A DNA stretch of 64,000 nucleotides from NCBI GenBank assembly GCA_040954595.2, contig CM082580.2:7170390-7234389 (forward strand), in the 5' to 3' direction. The DNA is from Balanoglossus misakiensis (taxonomy: Eukaryota; Animalia; Hemichordata). Position numbers and translations under genes: made by a program. The first letter of the stretch is position 1. Every line of letters starts with the position of its first letter. The notes below the pieces were generated by a model, which did not search any database, had not been told where the DNA came from, and saw nothing but the letters and a program-made list of their open reading frames with translations. Shown here piece by piece: positions 50,792 to 64,000 of this stretch.

Positions 50792-51105
50792 TTAAGCAAT
50801 AAAACACCCCCAGCCATGGTATACCACGAGATTTTGACCAGTTCACGACATATACGCACGAGCGATAGCGAGTGCGTATATGGAGTTGAACTGGTCAAAA
50901 TCGAGTGGTATACCATGGCTGGGGGTGTTTTATTGCTATTATATTATGCCAGTATATTGAAACTTTGCATAAAACATTTTAAAAGGGCATTTTCTTTGAC
51001 TATGATATATGACTGTGGTATATGGCTAATATATCACGGTCACGTGTCGTGTCTCGACCAATCAAATAGCGTGATTTACACCATCAATATACTGGTATAA
51101 TATAA
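50792..51105. mobile_element. Double-hairpin foldback element (Crypton-like non-autonomous, tentative)
   Basis: ~65-bp arms agcaataaaacacccccagccatggtataccac... spanning 50795-50937, plus a second 20-bp inverted repeat at 50941-50960 / 51084-51103. No clear TSD. Confidence 0.6.
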
Positions 51106-51655
51106 TAATTAATATATTGGCAGTCGGGAAATACGAGCAGCAGCAGCGGCAGCACTAACAGCAAACGATGAAACGGGTAGTGCAGTATCCGTAATAAATT
51201 TTCATAATAATAGTTATTGTTATTGTAACTATTTCGTAAATTTATGAAATTTGTTTCGCTTGCTGTGGTTGCTGGCTGGCTGACTGAAGTATTCCTTTGT
51301 CTTGCTGCGATCGTGGACCGGTTTTCTGAACTTGTGCCGGGGTTTCGCTCATTTTGTGAAAAACAAAATGATCGCCGCGTCAACTTGCTTGGTGGCGCTC
51401 TACCACGAGACAACCTGCACAAACTTAGTGCCTGGGAAACTTCCATTCGTTTGATATAAAGATATGCGGGTGTAATGCCACCTGCATGGGATATATTTTC
51501 ACTAAGAAAACGCAAACACGGGTCGAAAATTCAAATCCACTTCCCCCCCCCTAATTCCCAGTAAGTGGGTCCAGCCATTTCCACGAATATCACTGGGATG
51601 AACCAAGTAGTGGTGGTGGTGAAGGGGGGGGGGGGGGGGGGGGAGTCGTCATTGA

Positions 51656-53846
51656 CTACCCTCCCTTTGCCTCTTTTTCCATCAGACCCTGTTTTTTGTT
51701 CGTGTACAGGTCCCTCAGGTACTGATCCGGTTTAAGACCCTTCTCGTTCATTTCATTCCACACCTTGTCCAGTGCCTTAGTCGATCGGGCACTGTTCATC
51801 TTTCGGCCATAGAAGTAGAGTTCCAGCTCCTCGGCCGAAACCATTTTGCAACCGTCTACTTGACACAGATTCTGCGCTTTGGTCTTGTCCAGTTTGTTCA
51901 GGAAGGAAAATCCCGACAGTCTTTCCACGTCTTCGAGATTCACTTGAAACTCCTTCAGTTGCCGGTCGGAGCCGATTGCCTCGTTGGGGATGATAAACGC
52001 ACCCATGGCAACCAGCTGGTTCCGAGTGGCGTTCTCGGCGACGACAATCTTGAAGAGATGCGTTGGAACCGCCACATGGTTTTTTCCAATAACCTGCAAT
52101 GAATTTGAATTTTGTTTTCAATATATATATCAAATATGCTAGAAATTAAATGACTTCCGACATACATCGTTACTAGAGACAGTGAAAATTACCAATTACT
52201 AGTATTCTAATTCCATAAATTAGACATTCTCAAACAAATTTTCAGTAGACTTGAAAATATTTTGAAATTGTCAGAAATGCAAACTTTACTTTGTGAGACG
52301 TACAATCTGATTAAAATCAGATGTAAATTTAGGCACTGTCTTCACCTTTGGTGATCGTTTTTTGCTGTTCTATTCTCTGCGGGTAGTGTGGGCGCCCCTT
52401 CCAAACAGAACAGCAATGGGAAAGACAGCACCAAACCCTAAATCCGATTTTAAAAACACTGTTTGCGACACTATTTATACCTGATATTTGACGTATGTAG
52501 TTCCGTTTTCGTCCTGCTGTGGTACGATCAGCGGTCCACTGGTGACGTAGACATCTGTGAACTTCTTGGACAAATCACGGCAGTAGATTTCAAAGCGGTT
52601 CCAGAAACCCATGTTGTTGTTGATGTCCTGAGGCAGGATGTTAGACAGGTAGAAGGTCTCATTCATGGCAAGCTGCAAAAGAGCAGAGAATGGAGAGTTT
52701 CTTTCCCCGAATAAATTTCCAACAGACTGCCAGGCAGGGGGAGACCTCAAAAAGTATTGCTGTATAGCATACCACAATCTGATTGTTAACCAATCCGATG
52801 GAAACGTCGTTCTCAACGTATTTACACTTGAGTGCTTGTGTTTGTTTGTCTGTGTGTTGATTTTCTCAAATTGTATGAAGAAAGGGATGTTCAAGCCATA
52901 TCCCCCCTTTCCAATCAACCTGCCAATGGCTTGCATGGTGTTGGATTCTGGATCAACTGTGTTTGTTATGTTCATTAAGTTCTATTTTTTGCCAAAATTA
53001 AAGAGTGATAGCCATTATGCTTTATAATAAAATCATGATATCAAACTCTACATAAAAATCACAAACTATTATATTTTATGTCAATCATAATTTGTGCAAA
53101 ATACTGGAATACACCCACTTGACTGTACTTGTTATCCCCGGCTGGAGCCATGTGTCCACGTGACCATCCACTGTTCAAGTAATCCTTGTTGGATGCGGAG
53201 AATGCTCCCAGAACCCCTGGATCCTGTTTGAACTTGCAGTTTTCCCTCTTAGCTGTACCTGATAAATGCACACACAGAATGGGGAAAAAAAACTTGTGTA
53301 AATACAATCAAGAACATACTGTAACCCTTTCACTTCATGGTTTTACCCAAATCCATTGTTATCTGTGGTAAAGTTGGACCTCTACAGAGGAAACTGGGGA
53401 ATTCATACCATTGAGATGATCCTTGGTGATATGTTCTGCCACCCACAGTGGTGTTTTTCTGGTTTGGTCGTAGCACAGGACATGGTTGGCATAGTACCTC
53501 AACTCAGGTCCCCTGTCTGGCACGCCGTACTTCAAGATTTGTGCTCCCCTCACAGCTTTCTGTGGGTCAAACTCAGGGGGAACTATGGAAGACAAGAAAC
53601 CAAAATCCAGATGTTGTTTTTTGAGAAAGTTACAAATGTCTAATAACGGTGTCCTCCGTGGATTATTGTACATGTACATGTATGTTCTAGTATACTTTCA
53701 TGATGTTATCTGAATTGTAACTCACCATACTCTATAGTTTCAGGTGTTTCCTTTGTGGTTGGATGCACCATGTAACCAATCAGAAATGACGTCACGGTTG
53801 TTCCAACCAGCACACCCCCTCCGAGCAACCTGCCAATAGCTTGCAT
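51656..53846 (-). CDS. EXOG: Mitochondrial endo/exonuclease EXOG (EndoG-like), 354 aa
   Basis: Exons 53846-53726, 53582-53409, 53258-53119, 52672-52481, 52093-51656 (1065 nt). N-terminal hydrophobic segment, WVAEH, SGWSRGHMAPAGD (SRGH is EXOG-type; EndoG has DRGH), ETFYLSNILPQ, VAVPTHLFK, and a C-terminal extension. Confidence 0.95.
53321..53400. mobile_element. ~90-bp MITE, copy 4, one end lost, in EXOG intron 2
   Basis: gtaaccctttcacttcatgg...aaagttggacctctacagaggaaactgggg; ends a few bases from the splice donor. Confidence 0.65.
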
Positions 53847-54739
53847 GATGCGGTCTATCAAATTAGTAAGGTCAAACAACTGAAGTGTAAAATGAGCAAA
53901 AAACTTACTCCGAATTACACCGCGGGTGCAAATGCACCACCGATGACTAGCGCGTGCTAGTGCACATGCAGCTGATACAACATGTGACCTTCACGTAGGT
54001 CAACCTGGGTCAACCTCAGGACGAGGAAATAAAGCCTGCCCTCTGTGGTAAAAGTATACCGACACATTCGTTTCTATTTCGTGAACTACGAAGTACGATC
54101 CTTGCAATTGAAAGCGAAATTTCGTGTAAACTTCGCTGCTCTATTTTTATATGAGACATTAAAAAATCGAATATATAAACTTTGATAAAATGAGAGTGAT
54201 TATTTTATGTGATTTATGTGTTACACTGCATGAGAAAGCCTCGCACCTCCTGGAAAAAGAGTACAAAAAGTATATTATTTTAAAAACCAAAGCAGAAAAA
54301 GTCACGCTGAAAACAGTTTTTTTGTGGGTTTTATTTTGGGTTCCCTGTTTATGACCGAATGACTCCTCAAAATATTTTTTTTCCAATGGCCCACTGGCAA
54401 CCCTGGGGATTCACTGGAATATGGAAATGCAAGCGTAGGTACATCCGAATTCACACAGCTATTTCTTATCATTTGTCAACTCTACTTTTAATTTAAACAT
54501 AAAAACTGCAGAGTTCTTGTTTAATTTCAGTACAGAGCGCCACCATTCGAGTGCGATTTGTGTAGTCACGGTCCATTAATCACCTAAGCCCAGATTGTTC
54601 AAATGCCGAACTAGTACCTACTGTAGCATTTAGGGTGAGGATCGTGAAAACTCATGACAGAAGCCGCTTCGATACTGTGTAAACTAAACGTTTGAGGTTC
54701 GGGTAATGTATAATTCTGTAACACCTTACAGAACATCTG

Positions 54740-54891
54740 GTGTGCACGGCGCGCCCGCCCCTGGCCCCGGAGGTGAATGACCCTCTCGAAGTTTCCTCCC
54801 GCCCCAGCACTGCGGTGAGGGGAGGGTGTGTCTAGTTCTTCCAGATTCTGGGTGGACATCAAAGAAGCTACGGTACAACTGAGAGGATCGA
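54740..54891 (+). promoter_or_regulatory. GC-rich candidate promoter and non-coding first exon of the downstream plus-strand gene
   Basis: GC-box-like ccgccc motifs and a GA|GTGAGT donor at 54892. Divergent from EXOG. Confidence 0.35.
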
Positions 54892-57628
54892 GTGAGTAGT
54901 ACAGTACAATAGATGACACTCTGCATATATATATATTCATGACATATGTGGAACTTAATTCTCTGACAGGCGCCGAATCACAAATCGATCGTGAAAGGTA
55001 CATTTATTTGATAGAGGTTCGTTGATTAGAAGGATAGGCCCATCAATCATGCTCTACTATAAAATACTGAGAAAACAGCTCACTAGTATTATGAATGAGA
55101 ACTTTTAAGTTTATGCGTTCAATTGAGATAAAATACATCAAGTTGTATCAGGGGAGAACATTTTCAGTTAATTTCTATCTTGCAGCTGAGTCTATTTTGA
55201 TAGAAGGTTCGAACACATTGTAGTTGAAGCTACATGTATTGAACTACAAACCGAAATGATGAAAGAAAAGCATGTATTCAGAATATTAAATATTCGACTT
55301 GGTATTGCTTAGACCATGTTTTTAGCGAGGGGTGTTCAAATGCATTCATTGATGTGCATTGTCAATATTCTTCATTGATTTTTGCTAGTGCTAATTAACA
55401 GCAGTCCCTCTGCATGCTATCCTGACCACCCCTTTAACAGAGTGGAACGATCAAATTGATCCGCTTCTTTTCCCTGAGTTTTGCTGTGCAGTGTGGCCAG
55501 GATAGCTGTTTTAATAGCTGTGGAATAGTCTTGAATGCTGGCAAAACCTGGAATATCCAAAAGGCCATAATTTTACCATCAGGAAGTAGGTGGGAAGAAG
55601 CTCAGGAACTTGGGAAGGTGAGAATTAAGGTTTTGTACGCAGTGGTACATGTACTTTTTTATAAATTTACTTGTGAATTGTGTAATAATGCACACTGCCT
55701 AGAACCGTGTGTATATGTTAAAGTATTTTTGGTTTCTACATTTTGCTTTGGTATCCAAACACTTGAGGTTGTTTCACACTGAAAAAAATTGTCATTTTGG
55801 ATTTTTCAATTTGTACGTCAGTCAGTGACAGTGGCTGGTTCACTCTCCGTTGGCAAAATTAAAAGAAAAAAAAAGAGTGGATTTGCATCAATTATTTATA
55901 TTGACTTTTTCCTAGGTGCTATTGAGTAATTGAGTACAGAGGTATGTGTGCACGTAAAGACAATGACAGGATATTGGGTAGCTTTTAAAATTAACACAAC
56001 CAATTCCTACTGATGGCAAAGTCATTAGAGCAATGACAAAATATGTAGCCACTAGTCCTAATTGTGTTCACTGAATTGAGATACATGTATATTCTTCTTT
56101 TGAAAAAAATCGCAAAAAGCTCGAGTCTTTTCATTCAATTAAGATATTTAGTTTTCCGTATATCTGTACATATAGTATACTTTTGAAGAAAATATACTGT
56201 AAAACTGTGTCACTTTTATATAAGTCATTCGTTCAAAAAGGAATATTTATTAATTTATTTCTTCATATATGCCTGATATGACCAGCTGCAGGGTGATTCT
56301 ACGTGCATGACAGTGTTATGGCCCACAGATGATGGATGAGATAGAGTTATACAAGTTTGCGCAAAGCAGCGTGGCTCCCAGTGCTTAGTGATTTGTTGTC
56401 GTACTGTCAGGGTTGAACTTGATGAAGGAGCAGCTGAATTCATTGGCGATCGGACTACACTGGGAGTAAAGAAATTAATGTCAGCCACGTCAATTAATTG
56501 TTCTGAAACGATTTTTTTTCCTGTTTCCTTCTAACTCCTGACTCAAAACTCAGCATTGGCTGTCGGTGATGATATTGTTAAAGAATTGTTTGATACTGAA
56601 AAAGACACATTTAAAGAAAATTGTGTTACAGTAAAATAAACCGCAGAATATGAACCAGTAATTTAATAAACTCTTCGTATTTGGTATCACAATTTAATAC
56701 TAGTATACTAGTATACAAGGACAAAAGATGAATTGGAACCTCAAGCAAGATATTTTTATATCACATGTTTCTGTCACAGTAAAATGTTTTGGTGAGCACA
56801 TAAAAAATACCCTTTTTAATACTTTATTTAAAAATATTTTTCACAGTATGCTCAAACAGCAGCTGGCAAAATAGCTGTATTAATTATTCTGCAGCTATTT
56901 TTTTGCCAAACCTGCATCTGTTTGCATATGCCTTCGTCCTGATGGTCGGTGCTGATATTTTTGTTGCGTGCGAACAGCTGGAATTTTTAATAACAAAACT
57001 CTACATTTTAATAGAATTTTGAGAGTGCTTTTTCACCAGGAAGCAGTGAGGATATACTTTTGACCCCCCCCCCCCCAAATTTGGGATTAAAAATTACTTT
57101 TGAGTCCACAAAAATGCAGCTTTGAGCTCTGTATTTTATACCATTTTCTTCCCAAACCCAGCCCCTTCACTTCGTTTCCATAACCAAATCTACCAAATAT
57201 TGTAATGACTTGTAATTTTAATTTATTCATATATTACTTTAATTATTTTAATTTATTCATATATGCAAACTTCCAGTGTACGTCATTGGCCATTAGTTTT
57301 GTTTCAAATAACTTGCACAAGCTTCTGTGAAATTCAATCGGTGGATTATTTTTGGCTAGCTTCTTCTCACATCCTGATGTATGAAATATGAAAGAAAGAG
57401 ACTGATCAAATTGTTTTACCAATATATAGGTGCTATGTGCAAAATTGCAAGTACACGCACGTAAGTTGATGAAATCCCAATTTATATCATCTTTTCCCCA
57501 CAGTGTGTACGGAGTTTGGCGATGCATCTTGGTCACCACCTGAGGTAACATCAGTAATTGTCAAGAAGTAGAGAGAGAGACATATATGGTGTGTGTGATC
57601 TTTTTTGTACCGTGAATTTTTTGCCGAG

Positions 57629-57760
57629 ATGGAAAGCGAAGGTGCCCCGGGCCCGATAGCCAATGCCTCCGGATCGATCAACCGGGATGCAGCCGACGAC
57701 AACGCCGTCCAGCTGGAACTCATGAAAGACGCCGCCAAGATGCCAACGTATGGAGGAGAA
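57629..57760 (+). CDS. Candidate first coding exon of an unidentified gene (MESEGAPGPIANASGSINRDAADDNAVQLELMKDAAKMPTYGGE)
   Basis: Acceptor ttttccccacag ending at 57503, GC-rich open frame, phase-0 donor GAA|GTAAGT. Confidence 0.55.
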
Positions 57761-57855
57761 GTAAGTGTGATTATGTGAATTCATTGCCACCTTGTAGTCA
57801 CAGCATAGTAGTACCCTAGGGTCTATGGTCACAGCAAGTATAGTGATGCTCTTAT

Positions 57856-57954
57856 ATAACCCTTTCACCACCACTGTGGTTCGGTCCAAACCCATTGTTT
57901 TCTATGGTAATGTTGGACCTCTTAAGAGGGAACTCATGGGGGTGAAAGGGTTAA
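57856..57954. mobile_element. ~90-bp TTAA-flanked MITE, copy 5
   Basis: ataaccctttcaccacc...gggggtgaaagggttaa. Confidence 0.8.
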
Positions 57955-60900
57955 ATGTTGACATTGGTTATGGACACGGACAGTGACACATATCACACAC
58001 ACACAGTACATGTACATGTACACACACATCATATACCCCAATTTGATTAAAATCAAATTGAGGGCTCGATCTATATACTTTTGCAGATTCTTGGCTGTTA
58101 ATCTCGGATATATGGGGGAGTGTGGCGAACGTCCGAGAACAGAACAGCCAGGAATCTGCAATTTATGTAAAGATCGAGCCAACTTTATATCTTAATTTAA
58201 TCAGATTTCATATATACCCTCATATTTACTTAAATTGTCATAAATGCCCACATGTCAGTAATCTCACACACCTGCCAGAATTTCTGACGGCTCCTAATTT
58301 TATTGACATTTCACTCACCCTGTAGTGCAATGTAAAGGTAATAAGAGGGCGATTTTTTTCAAGGTCATTGACTTTGGTGATGTCGTCTTAATATTATATG
58401 TATTGTGAGCGTAACAAAACTGTACATGTACAAATCAAAGCAAATCAAATCTTCAAAATTACGAATTCCAACAGCATCTGCAACCTTTAACAACTTTACA
58501 GTCAGCTCTGATTTTGTCGTCGATAAAGAAAACTTCCATAGTGATCGTGGGCAGATAACGAAACGTCGACCTCGCCACGTACTTTACCAGCTAATTGGCG
58601 ATATGCGTTTCTCTCGATCGGCGTACGCATCACTCACGGGCATTAGAATTCCCGTATCTCAGCCGGAGATCTCATCTGACTAATGAAATGAACACGGCAC
58701 TCGTTTTGCGCCGTAAAGTGAAAGCGACCGATAACCACTGAGCATGGGGATCCCTTTCAGTCGGTGTACTTATTTGACATTTTAGCTGTGGCTCTGCACT
58801 CAACCAATAATTTCCAATAATCGATTTTCAAGACAAACGACAGGAAATGCAAGCCCACCAATACGTGTAGCAATAATGACATTTTGGCACTGACTCTGAA
58901 TAGGATCATTCATGAATATTTTAATGCCGCTATTTGTTCAGAAACTAATTTGCTACTGTGGTAAAATTTCCAGTGAGATACAACTACACAAATGAATATT
59001 ATGTTACAAACACAAATTAATGTAATACGAGGTGTCAGTGAAATATGGGTCTGAAAGGGTGTGGTGGAAGGATGAGAACAGTTGAAGACAGCTCGTCAGA
59101 TTTGCGATTTTTATCCTGACAACTCATTGTGACATTTACCCACAAAGAGCTTGAATCACTCAGACATTTGACATCATCCACAGACCTTTCTCTGTCCTTT
59201 TTAGCGAAAAACATTAAATATTCAGCGATCCCCTGCGGCTAGCTCATGCAGTATTCATGATTCGAGTCAAGCTTCTGCATTCAGACGTGATGTTACCCTT
59301 TTGATTTCTTCGTCTTTTCCTCCCATCTTTTTCACCCCCTGACAAATCACATTCGACAGACTGCGTCCTCAATTCAAGCGGCAACAGAATCAGATTTGGT
59401 GTTCAAATCCCTCGGGTGCTATGAAGGTTTTATTCTTGTCACTCCCAGATCCAGCCTATAATCCTATTACCTTCTGATAATTAAATTAGTTTAAGTATTT
59501 AGCTGTCGTATTTTGCAGCCCTTAGACTTATGACATTCGTCATAAATGACCGGGTTAGTTTATTTTTTATCTTATAAGCTTAATTGTCAGGTCATGAAAA
59601 TGATAATCCAAGAAAATAAAATCACAATTCAAATTGTAATTTACATATAAAGTCAAATCAACAAAACCATAATGTACATTTTGTAGTTATTTTTACAGCC
59701 AATATAAAATTACGAAATTATCAAATCTGGCTAGCAGCATGACAATATGACCACATCTTGAATTTGTAGATGTGGTATTTTTATGTTGCATGCCATATGG
59801 TCGGACATCTGGTAGTTACCTGTTTGAGGTGATGTATGTGTATGGTATTAATTCTTGATATGCAATTTTGTATGGCACTTTGAGGGTCGATCACTAAATA
59901 ACCTTCATGGCTGTAGTCAATTCGGATCCAGGTGCAGTAGTTCACACTGTATGGTGATTATACTCAATTCTGGGAAACTGTCAGTCTTGAAACATGCACT
60001 GGGAAGGAAAGGGGTTGCCCTAGCAGCTAAACATATGATGGAGAATTTGTTTTATTGTCTTCATGATCAATGTTGGATTGCAAGAAATAAAAATAAAATA
60101 CAGTGAGCTTTTCTAAGGCAGTTAATTACTGGTAATTTATTGCACTGCATTGACCTAAGAATTGTGCTGCAGGGTTACTTGTGAACTGGAACTCAGATGA
60201 AGGTGAAGACCAGCCAACCAGAAAAAAGAAATTCAAACGATAAAAATATGTTTGGATAAATTTGCCTCTTCAATATCGCTTACTTTTTGAACCATGAAAT
60301 CAGCCATTATATTTTAAATAATATTTTTCCTTTGTAAAATGACTATTGAATTGTGCCAGTCTTTGATTGGGCATTGTGATCAACCAAGAGGTCAGAGGTC
60401 AATACTTTTTTTCTAATCAGACTCTGAAATTATGAGAAATATGATCATTGGACTGACTGTGCTACACAATTCTGAAGATTCTTCTCCTTAGGGAATATTA
60501 TCTTATTCATTTTTATTCTCCAGGGTGATTTTTTATTTTATGCATGTTTTTTTAATTACTACAGGCAATTAATTATTTATTTCAACCAGACATATTTACT
60601 CTCATGAAACTGCCTGTGGTAGTGCAGTGGAATTCTGATCAATATGTTCAATTTTTATTCTGTTCTGCTATTTGCAGTCATGAAACACTTGACGTATAAT
60701 GTGTATATACCTGAAATTTTCTGCTTACATTAAATTGTCGATATGATGAAACTTCATTTGTGAATTGATATTTAAAAAAACCCAGAATCAAGTGAACTTC
60801 GACTATATTATTCATAATACCTCCCTCTTCTCTTAAATTTGTAAGAACAATGTTTGAGATTTATAAATATTGCCATTATTATCCCACTAGCTCCTCAGTT

Positions 60901-63118
60901 TCAAATATTTACTTTTTTTGTGATACCGGGTTGCTCGCAAGGGCTACGCTTAATTGAAAGAAGAGAGAATGCGTTCGCATAATTAAATCATGATGATATT
61001 TAATTAACACTTCTTGCTAAAGCAATCATCAGTTACAACAAATGTATTTGGTCTCAAGAACTTGTAAAAACTGCTAAAAAAATCTTTGAAACGTCCCATA
61101 ATATTTGGTGAATTTGAGTACAAGAATTCTGCTAGCGCTGTCACAATCAAGATGTTGAACATTTTCTGAAGCCAGAAAAAAACCGGAATGAAATCATATC
61201 TTATCCGTTTCCAGGAAATGCAAGAATTTTTTCCCGAATGAATGAAATTCTAATAATAAATTAATAGTTTGCAGTTGTAAATTAGCGTTAATTATGTTGC
61301 GGTGTGAGTACATAATTCATAAAAAAATCAATGTCTACACGATTAATTTTAATATTGAATAAACGAAGAGGCCTGAGTAAGTTATGGGTTATATGAAGCT
61401 GAGTAAAAATAGTATGGTGTAACTGTACCATGTTTGGTAAAATTACCAGTAGATTTGAAAGTAATGCAAAATAGCCCATCACAAAGACCAGCAAATTTGA
61501 CCATTTTTCAAAGAAAATATTGACCCAAAGCTCATGGCAGCAGAATATTAGTTTAGTCGTCCAGGCTTATAACATTTTGTTTTTTTTAGCGACGAATGTT
61601 TATTTAGTTCCAATTCTGGAATATTTAGTTAGATTTCAGAATGTCTGAATGAACCACAATCACTGTGGTTATTAGAGTAGGAGATATTTTTTTGATGTCA
61701 TAAGATTTTTATATCTGTTTTAATGTCATTCTAACATTCTGGCAGTGTTTTTTCTTCTCCTTTTGAGGCCTGGAGAAGGCCAGTTTCCCAATTATTTGAA
61801 CAGAGTACCTTCCCTGCATCTGAAAGAGTATTTCAAAAACCGTTTCCATTCACTTTCGCACGAGAGAGATGCAAATCCAGAGCAATTGCATTTCTGTGTG
61901 GCCCACAGTGGTGATCCTATTTGGAGCAAAATCATTGATTTTGTAGCATCAGTCATGCTATCACCATGTTACCATGCATGCCCCGCAGGAAGGAATACCC
62001 ACAATGCTCTCTTCCTTTCATGAAGAGTAAAATTTCACCAGTATCCCTTCCCTTATAGAACATGAGTATCTGACAGCACATTTAAAATTTATACATTCAT
62101 TTATTGTTCAGAAAATTCCCATCTGATGAAACAAGGGTGTTGATGTTTTTGAAATATAAAATTGCTTTTTTTCTTTGTTTACAAGATATTGCCGTTTTTA
62201 TAAAAGAATCCTTTGTATGTGGATGGCAAGCTGAAGTGTTGCTGCCTGATGAAACTTAGTTGTATGGTGATGACAATTTATTGACACCCACCAACAAGCT
62301 GTTTCATCAAGATGCATCATTTTTGTCACTAGTTTAAGTGAATTCTGGTCGTATCAAAGCTATTTTGTCAATTTCTGCTACTTAATCAATTCTTGTTGTA
62401 TTGATTAAATGATGAATCACGCGACTTGAAATTTAAAAAAATCCAATGAGGAAAGAAATTTGGTACGGAAAAACTTTTGAATAAATAAACATGAAATGCA
62501 AAAATTCAAAATTGATTTTAGTTCAAACCAGATAAAAAGAGATTGTCTTCCCTTGATAAAAAACAGTTTCCACCCTGAATAACAAAAATGCCATCTGTTG
62601 CCAGTTTTTCAAATTGTTGATTCTTTCTGCATCAAAATTTAATAAAATCTACAGGCAGAGAATAATTCCTTTCTTGTGCATATTTATGTACTAACAAAAT
62701 GATTGATTAGTGTGTGCAAATTACAAAACGGTAGAATATATACTACCAGGATAAAATTTTGAGTGCTTGTTTAACAGAAACCGATGACCCAACCTAAAAA
62801 TAGTGGCATCTTCCACTTTCTCTATGTGTATACGGAATATATACATGACTCTACCCCTAAAGTGGAACCTTCCACATTGACAGCTTGTCAGTGACCCCAC
62901 ATCTTGCCTTCCTACCCCCTGGGACTGTCAGATTTCGGGTGCGAATCGGCGATATATATTCTGGCAATATCTGATTCCCCTGTCAGCGAATTCTCCATCA
63001 TCTGCCCCCCTGTGCCCGTGGTTGCCCTGGAAATCGAGAGTACGTCCTCCGTCGTGGAGTCAGCTGCAGGTCTCGCGGTCGTAGCAACAAGGTTTGCGTG
63101 TGTGTGAGCGTGCTTCCA

Positions 63119-63181
63119 ATGGAATCTGACAGCAAAACTGCGGAACTGAATGAAAAGCAGGCTATCATAGCCAAGAAAAAG
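63119..63181 (+). CDS. Candidate alternative first coding exon (MESDSKTAELNEKQAIIAKKK)
   Basis: GC-rich upstream tract ~62900-63110, an ATG, 21 open codons and a phase-0 donor AAG|GTACAG. Confidence 0.35.
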
Positions 63182-64000
63182 GTACAGTTGCAGATTATCG
63201 TGTAAAACTAACAGATTTATCTCTGTTCCTCTCTCAGCAGTGTTCACGTATGTACCTCTAAAGGATTAGGTTCGTTTCTTAAGCTCTTCAGTTTTTAATC
63301 CCCGTTCCATCTACCGCATCAGTTTGGATAATTTCACGTCAGGGTCACATTTATCACAGACCACTTTATTGCTTCTAATACACGCACACTCATTGTGGTA
63401 GCCTGTGGAGACAGCATCGTGTATACATCTTATTAGCAGAAAATTATTTTTCTGAAGCAACGTGGATACAATGAAGTAGCCAAGGACGCAATTAGAATGA
63501 ACGTTCACCCCCTTTTCCTAGTACAAAGGTCCAGTTACGCCATTGCGTGAAACTAATATTGAGGTGAAACTAAAATGTGTTGGCAGATGGGTAAGGCAGG
63601 TGTAAATATTTTACTTTTAATTGGTACTATTACAAAAATAATGACATATGTAATTAATATAAATATCCCAATTCCAGCTATTTTTCATAATATGAAATTG
63701 GTTATACTGTGTGATGAAGCTCCAGTTAAGACATGGAGTATCTATAATATGTGTGGCTTTATTCAGGTGCAGTTGATTGATTCAGTATTGATTGTTAAAC
63801 AATTTGCATGCTTGTTAGCCAAGGCATTGCACTTGTTCTGGAGTGATACCTTGATACTGAAGATGTGTATCATACAAAATTCTTGGCTGTCTCAATTATG
63901 CTGTTTAAGATGACTTGATGACAAAATCAATACTTTCATCGGAAATCGGTCCCATGCGCATAGCTACGCAAATATTAGGCAATCCAGGGTTATAGTGTTT

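Noticed and set aside
51623-51643. Poly-G run just past the EXOG stop
   Set aside because: A simple homopolymer of uncertain length; no further support for function.
62912-63247. 111-aa minus-strand ORF
   Set aside because: No motif or splice support; better explained as the antisense of a GC-rich plus-strand 5' region.

Overview
Intron-rich eukaryotic genomic DNA; a marine invertebrate animal is my inference from gene content, GT-AG introns and repeat types. The first ~12.3 kb is a homogeneous 88-bp satellite (~139 copies) with a degenerate, orientation-switching border to ~12.8 kb. Next to it is a small spliced gene (minus strand) for a signal-peptide precursor carrying five 23-aa tandem repeats, which is the best candidate for an undescribed system. 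A 22-exon, single-module MGAM/SI-like GH31 alpha-glucosidase follows (minus); its first coding exon is interrupted by a 408-bp element with perfect 87-bp TIRs and a CCGG TSD (Ginger1-like). Then come ADI1 (plus), a 13-exon gene fusing an MGxxxS N-terminus and NCS-like EF-hand region to a Kelch propeller with a split last blade (minus), a PLAC8-family gene (plus), EXOG (minus), and candidate 5' exons of an unidentified plus-strand gene that runs out of the window. Several short MITE and foldback families are interspersed. Exon structures were assembled by hand from splice signals and phase consistency; no database searches were run.
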